NCBI GenBank assembly: GCA_964618505.1 | Contig: CAZUBH010000012.1 | Span: 2,288 to 66,287, forward strand | Origin: an uncultured Thermoplasmatales archaeon | GTDB lineage: Archaea > Thermoplasmatota > E2 > DHVEG-1 | DNA length: 64,000 nt | Direction of reading: 5' to 3' | Part shown: piece by piece, positions 59,772 through 64,000 of the stretch | Layout: every line of letters starts with the position of its first letter | How positions within the stretch are numbered: position 1 is the first letter of the stretch | Made by a program: the position numbers and the translations under genes | The notes under the pieces: generated by a model | What the model was told of the DNA's origin: nothing | The model's database searches: none | The model's input: only the letters and a program-made list of their open reading frames with translations

Positions 59772-59850
59772 AACGTATTTCTATATCAAATAATTTTCTT
59801 AAAAATCAGAAAACTAATTTATACCTTTATCGTGTTTATTTGAGCATATT

Positions 59851-60408
59851 ATGAATGTTAAACAAGTTATTGAAAAAAGAAGAGCATATAGATCCTTAAA
59901 AAAAATCGAAATTAAGAAAGATTTAATTAAAGAGCTTGCAGAATCTGCAAGACTTTCTGCATCCTGTTTTAACAACCAACCATGGAGATTTATTTTTGTA
60001 TACGAACCTAAAAAATTAATAGAAATGCACGAAGCGTTATCAAAAGGAAATGAATGGGCAAAGAAAGCTTCAATGATAATTGTAGTGATTAGTAAAAAGG
60101 AGTTTGATTGTATAATACGAGATAGAATGTATTATCAGTTTGATTGTGGAATGGCTGTTTCAAATCTAATTCTAAGAGCAACTGAACTTGGACTAGTTGC
60201 ACATCCAATTGCTGGATATAGCCCAAAAAAAACCAGAGAGATACTCAGAATTCCTGACGAAATGGATGTAATTACCTTGATAATAGTTGGCAAACATTCT
60301 AATTCTATTAACAAAGATTTAACAGAGAAGCAAATAGAAACTGAAAAGAAAAGACCTGAACGTATGTCCTTAGAAGAATTTGTATTTTATAACAAATATG
60401 AAGATTAA
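59851..60408 (+). CDS. nitroreductase-family protein
   Basis: The RRAYRSL N-terminus, CFNNQPWRF and the overall NADH-oxidase/nitroreductase pattern. Confidence 0.7.
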   Translation: MNVKQVIEKRRAYRSLKKIEIKKDLIKELAESARLSASCFNNQPWRFIFVYEPKKLIEMHEALSKGNEWAKKASMIIVVISKKEFDCIIRDRMYYQFDCGMAVSNLILRATELGLVAHPIAGYSPKKTREILRIPDEMDVITLIIVGKHSNSINKDLTEKQIETEKKRPERMSLEEFVFYNKYED

Positions 60409-61176
60409 TTACCCATACATAGAATAAGGTACATTTGGTAGCTCTGGGGCTGTGGGCTTTGATTGTTGCATAGATTTTACAATGGCATCTTCTATTTTTT
60501 TTGCGGAGTTTAATAAGGGTTTTGGATCGATTTTAATCTCTGGGAGCATTTTATCCAGTTTTTTAATTAATTCTGCTGCGGCCCTTGAATCTGGATATTT
60601 TGCATGACTTTCTGCAAGCATACATATGACATCTTTTTCCATTAATTGTCCTTGATAAAGAAGTACGCCTGATACCCCTGTAATCATACCATCATTTGTT
60701 TGTTTTATTTTAAGACAATCGAGTTGTTTTTTCATTTCATTTGTTGTCGCAATTCCAAATATTCTTGGTTTTTTCATATTTTGCTCATCTAAGGCATGAA
60801 TTCCTTCAAAGGTTAGTACTATTTGGCATCCTTTTTTTTCTGCCCAATTAAATATACTATTGACGAGGGGCCTAATAAGTCCATTTGGAGGCATAAACTC
60901 TGAGATAATCAAAGCTAAATTTTTACAAGATTCATTTGGACCACATTGCTTTTCTCCAGAGTATATTCTAACAGGCGGTGATGGTACTGACTTATGTACC
61001 ACGGTTGCTGGCATAAATTTATCAGAAAGTATAGTGCCGATAGGTTCGAGATTTAATGTGTCGATTATAAAATGACCTGCAATAGAACTTATCAAACCTA
61101 CTGTGGGAAACGCTACAACAAGCATAGAATTTTTTAGATCTACTTCCTTGTATTCTACTATCTCGATATCTTGCAT
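60409..61176 (-). CDS. PAC2-family protein (archaeal proteasome-assembly-chaperone-like, COG1938)
   Basis: N-terminal SMLVVAFPTVGLISSIAGHFIIDTLNLEPIGTI is typical of the PAC2 family. Confidence 0.6.
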   Translation of the reverse strand: MQDIEIVEYKEVDLKNSMLVVAFPTVGLISSIAGHFIIDTLNLEPIGTILSDKFMPATVVHKSVPSPPVRIYSGEKQCGPNESCKNLALIISEFMPPNGLIRPLVNSIFNWAEKKGCQIVLTFEGIHALDEQNMKKPRIFGIATTNEMKKQLDCLKIKQTNDGMITGVSGVLLYQGQLMEKDVICMLAESHAKYPDSRAAAELIKKLDKMLPEIKIDPKPLLNSAKKIEDAIVKSMQQSKPTAPELPNVPYSMYG

Positions 61177-61194
61177 TTATTATCCTCTTTAAAA

Positions 61195-61326
61195 TTAAGC
61201 TAGGCCTTTAATTGCAGTAACACAGCCTTTGCAAATTTTTTTAGATTCCCCTTTAATTTTTATGTCTTGTAAATCATCTAAACCGTGCTCTTCTCCACAA
61301 CAAAAGCAATTTACACTTTTTCCCAT
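61195..61326 (-). CDS. small Cys-rich (zinc-ribbon-like) protein, 43 aa
   Basis: Hand translation gives MGKSVNCFCCGEEHGLDDLQDIKIKGESKKICKGCVTAIKGLA*. It is not in the ORF track because it is shorter than 60 aa. Confidence 0.35.
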   Translation of the reverse strand: MGKSVNCFCCGEEHGLDDLQDIKIKGESKKICKGCVTAIKGLA

Positions 61327-61340
61327 TTATTTTCACCTCT

Positions 61341-61532
61341 TTATTTTCCAGATCTAAAATCATCACATGGTTCTTCTTCTTCCATTGGTCTTGAATGTTC
61401 TGCATGATCTGGCTGTAAACAAATTTCTCTGGGTATTTTTTCCATTGGCTTTCCACAACAATTTGGAATTTTAGATTTATTTTCTACCGTAACAGTTCTT
61501 TTACAAGTTAAACATTGATATTTATCTGACAT
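61341..61532 (-). CDS. desulforedoxin-like small iron-sulfur protein (Dfx N-terminal domain-like)
   Basis: MSDKYQCLTCKRTVTVENKSKIPNCCGKPME matches the desulforedoxin C-x2-C...C-C metal site. A GGAGG RBS sits upstream of the Met, and the start is set there. Confidence 0.55.
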   Translation of the reverse strand: MSDKYQCLTCKRTVTVENKSKIPNCCGKPMEKIPREICLQPDHAEHSRPMEEEEPCDDFRSGK

Positions 61533-61633
61533 TTTGCCTCCACCAATAAAACATAGCATTACATCATTTATAAGTATTTTTAATAGTGAAATAAGTACAT
61601 AAATTTTTTAGATAGTAAAAAATTACGATAAAT

Positions 61634-61918
61634 ATGAAAAACGAAAAAATTAAGGGGAAAAATTACAAACACAATGTTAAAATTTATACTTTAAGTACTT
61701 GTGGTTGGTGTAAAAAAACCAAAGAATTGCTAAAAGCACTCGAAATCGAATATGAATATATTGATGTTGATACTTTAGAAGGAGAAGATTTAGACAACGC
61801 CCGTTCTGAGGTTAAAAAATATAATCCAAGAGGAAGTTATCCCACACTAGTTATTGATAATGGAAAGCATGTAATAGTTGGATTTAAGGAAGATGAAATC
61901 AAGGAGAAATTAAAATAA
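61634..61918 (+). CDS. glutaredoxin/thioredoxin-like small redox protein
   Basis: CGWC active site in IYTLSTCGWCKKTKELL, in a thioredoxin fold of about 90 aa. Confidence 0.7.
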   Translation: MKNEKIKGKNYKHNVKIYTLSTCGWCKKTKELLKALEIEYEYIDVDTLEGEDLDNARSEVKKYNPRGSYPTLVIDNGKHVIVGFKEDEIKEKLK

Positions 61919-62439
61919 TGGCAGATAAGAAAAAAATACTTGAAAAAATGCAAAAAAACGCAGAAGAAAATGGTTATTATCTTACTCCCGATAAAGACCT
62001 TTTAGATGACCTTATCAGAGGTCTTGCAAAAAATGAAGATCGTTATGGATATGGTTGCTGTCCCTGTCGTATTGGTTCAGGGGTAAAAAACTATGATTCA
62101 GACATAATTTGTCCTTGTGAATATCGCGATGCTGATGTTAATGAATTTGGTATGTGCTATTGTTGTCTATTTGTAAGTAAGGATGTAAAAGAAAATCCCT
62201 CAAAGATGGGGACAATTCCTGAAAGAAGGCCAATAGAAATCCAAGATGCTGCAATGCAAGCAAAGGAAAAAGATGAGGAAAATATATCAAAAGATACTAA
62301 AAAGAATAAAAAAAATGAAGGAGTAAAAGTATGGCGTTGCACTGTTTGCGGATACTTATGCGCAAGAGATATGCCGCCACCAATATGTCCAATCTGTAAG
62401 GCAAAAGCAGAAAGATTTGAAAAATTTGATTTTGGTTAA
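61918..62439 (+). CDS. ferredoxin:thioredoxin reductase catalytic-subunit-like protein fused to a C-terminal rubredoxin domain (FDR-like)
   Basis: The FTR catalytic Cys pattern is CCPCRIG...ICPCEY...GMCYCCLF. The C-terminus VWRCTVCGYLC...PPPICPICKA is a rubredoxin CxxC...CxxC. The same fusion is known from the Methanosarcina FDR protein. Confidence 0.65.
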   Translation: MADKKKILEKMQKNAEENGYYLTPDKDLLDDLIRGLAKNEDRYGYGCCPCRIGSGVKNYDSDIICPCEYRDADVNEFGMCYCCLFVSKDVKENPSKMGTIPERRPIEIQDAAMQAKEKDEENISKDTKKNKKNEGVKVWRCTVCGYLCARDMPPPICPICKAKAERFEKFDFG

Positions 62440-62442
62440 AAT

Positions 62443-62886
62443 CTAATAAACCAAATCTTTAATTTTAGAAACTATATCTTCTTTTTGAGTAACTTCGAGC
62501 TCTTGATCTAATTTTGGATATAGCGATTCTTCCTCGAATTTTTTATGATTTGTAAGTTTTTCTTTTAAGCCTATAAAATCCACGGGTCTTTTATTTAAAA
62601 GATCCTTTCTAATAAGTCTAACTTTGTTTAAAATCTCATTATGTTCTTTTATTAGTTCGGGTACCATTTTATAACCCTCTGAAATATTTGTTGGACTATA
62701 TGATGTAAAAATTGCCTTTTCTTCAGTGAAAAGGTGTTTTTCAAGAGACCATTCGAATTTATCAAACACTTTCATTAAAGAAACTGAATCTTCGTTTATG
62801 CTTTTTTCAACATTTTTAAGCAAGCCTATAAGTTTTGCATGGTCTTTTACCATTAAATCAAGAATTTCTGTAGATTTCATAATCAC
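62443..62886 (-). CDS. hemerythrin-like (HHE cation-binding) domain protein
   Basis: His/Glu spacing occurs in DHAKLIGLL...EKHLFTEEKAIF...EHNEIL, in a four-helix-bundle-like sequence. Confidence 0.5.
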   Translation of the reverse strand: MIMKSTEILDLMVKDHAKLIGLLKNVEKSINEDSVSLMKVFDKFEWSLEKHLFTEEKAIFTSYSPTNISEGYKMVPELIKEHNEILNKVRLIRKDLLNKRPVDFIGLKEKLTNHKKFEEESLYPKLDQELEVTQKEDIVSKIKDLVY

Positions 62887-62935
62887 TTCCCCGTTTTATT
62901 CTTATTAACATGTTATCATTTATATAATTAGCTTT

Positions 62936-63931
62936 TTGCCAAAGGGCAATAACTATAAGTTTCAAATTATTCTCACGTCAAAGGAAAAAATGAATTTATT
63001 TGTAGTAACATTTGAATCTGTTGCAATTTTATTAGGAATAGGTCTGATAGGTTTTTGGATAATAAGAAAAAAGGTTCTTCCAGAAAATGCATTAAGAGTT
63101 CTTTCGCCTCTCGCACTTGAAATTGCCCTTCCTAGTTTAGTCTTTATGAGAATAATAAGTGATTTTTCTCCATCAGATTCTCCTGATTGGTGGCATCTTC
63201 CAATTTGGTGGTTGTTTTTTATGGTTGTTGCTGCGCTATTAACTTTTATTTTTAGATATATTTCAAAAAAAGAAACTAGAAATGAATTTGCGATTTCCTT
63301 GTTTTTTCAAAATGGAATATTTGTACCTCTTGCAATAATTTCATCAATGCATCCCAACAATTCCTCTTATCTTGTTTATCTTTTTTTATTTACTATGTTT
63401 TATCCTGCATTTTTTTTCAATACTTATTATTTTTTCTTTGGAAAAAAAATAAAAGACATAAATTGGAAAAAAGTTCTAAACAATGTTTTATTAGCAACTA
63501 TAGCGGCCCTAATATTAGTTTTTGTAGGCCTAAGTACCTATGTTCCAGATATTGCAACATCTATTCTTTACATGTTGGGTGCAATGACAATACCTTTAAT
63601 TATGCTAGTAATTGGAGGAAACATATATCTGGATTTTAACAAAAGAGGAGAAATATTTACTATTGAAATTGTCAAGTTTTTAATTGTTAAAAATATTATA
63701 TTTCCACTAATTTTCTTAGGAATTTTACTATTTGTGAAACCCCCATACCATATTGCACTAATCTTGATAATACAAGCAGCAGTACCTCCAGTTACTTCAG
63801 TACCAATTTTTACAGAAAGAGCCGGAGGTAATTTTTCAATAGTAAATCAATTTGTAGTTTCTAGTTTTATATTTTCTTTGATAACATTACCGGTGTTTAT
63901 AACAATTTTTAGCTGGTATTTTAGCCCATAA
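62936..63931 (+). CDS. AEC-family (auxin efflux carrier / malate permease-like) membrane transporter
   Basis: About 10 TM helices in a 5+5 arrangement with a central hydrophilic loop, typical of the AEC family. Confidence 0.5.
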   Translation: MPKGNNYKFQIILTSKEKMNLFVVTFESVAILLGIGLIGFWIIRKKVLPENALRVLSPLALEIALPSLVFMRIISDFSPSDSPDWWHLPIWWLFFMVVAALLTFIFRYISKKETRNEFAISLFFQNGIFVPLAIISSMHPNNSSYLVYLFLFTMFYPAFFFNTYYFFFGKKIKDINWKKVLNNVLLATIAALILVFVGLSTYVPDIATSILYMLGAMTIPLIMLVIGGNIYLDFNKRGEIFTIEIVKFLIVKNIIFPLIFLGILLFVKPPYHIALILIIQAAVPPVTSVPIFTERAGGNFSIVNQFVVSSFIFSLITLPVFITIFSWYFSP

Positions 63932-64000
63932 ATTATTCTTCAGACGGGCACGACTTACAAATAACTGGGAAAATTCCTTTATCTTTTAGAATTTTGCATA

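Noticed and set aside
61274-61456. 60-aa minus-strand ORF
   Set aside because: It overlaps both the desulforedoxin-like gene and the 43-aa Cys-rich gene in a different frame. Those two have interpretable Cys motifs and an RBS.
1-64000. Search for CRISPR arrays, IS elements, integrases or prophage genes
   Set aside because: I found no regularly spaced direct repeats of 25-40 bp and no transposase, integrase or cas-like proteins in any frame. The window looks like core chromosome.

Overview
The window is a 64-kb AT-rich (about 30% GC) stretch of archaeal chromosome, gene-dense, with about 63 protein genes and one tRNA. I see no rRNA, CRISPR array, transposase or integrase.

Archaeal hallmarks:
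- archaeal-type GluRS
- aEF-1beta next to a small zinc-ribbon gene
- Pelota preceded by an NFACT/Rqc2 homologue
- archaeal iPGM (ApgM)
- a PAC2-like protein
- an initiator tRNA-Met with A1:U72

Main blocks in order:
- 1-3.9 kb: isoprenoid and translation genes (idi fragment, GGPP synthase, GluRS, EF-1beta).
- 7.6-12.8 kb: a glycosylation cluster with a radical-SAM/SPASM-like enzyme, a GT4, a GT-C-like membrane protein and a GT1.
- 12.8 kb: pyrF.
- 13.7-14.2 kb: an unusually long, GC-enriched, hairpin-rich intergenic spacer.
- 14.2-21.4 kb: a complete alpha-glucan (glycogen) island with two GlgA-like synthases, GH57, debranching enzyme and GlgP.
- 21.7 kb and 49.1 kb: purF and purM.
- Spread through the window: a striking set of secreted or extracytoplasmic peptidases (papain-like C1, two M28, C15 pyroglutamyl peptidase with signal peptide, C13 legumain-like, M29, M32).
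- Two beta-helix surface-protein paralogues and a PKD-domain protein.
- 31.6-33.4 kb and 55.2-57.4 kb: two ABC exporter pairs, one with a zinc-ribbon-fused ATPase.
- 61.2-62.9 kb: a redox block (ferredoxin:thioredoxin-reductase-like protein fused to rubredoxin, glutaredoxin-like protein, desulforedoxin-like protein, hemerythrin-like protein), with a nitroreductase nearby at 59.9 kb.

Best candidates for something undescribed:
- An operon of a secreted C13 caspase-fold peptidase, an AmmeMemoRadiSam-type radical SAM enzyme and an acidic membrane-anchored protein, with no AMMECR1 or Memo partner.
- A standalone RAM-domain protein translationally coupled to a 10-TM transporter-like protein carrying a C-terminal RAM domain.
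- The structured spacer ahead of the glycogen operon.
- A duplicated perfect palindrome (GAGGTACCTC x2) between a PAS regulator and an M28 peptidase gene.
- A membrane-anchored tandem winged-helix regulator.

All calls are from reading motifs in the supplied translations and sequence. No database searches were run.
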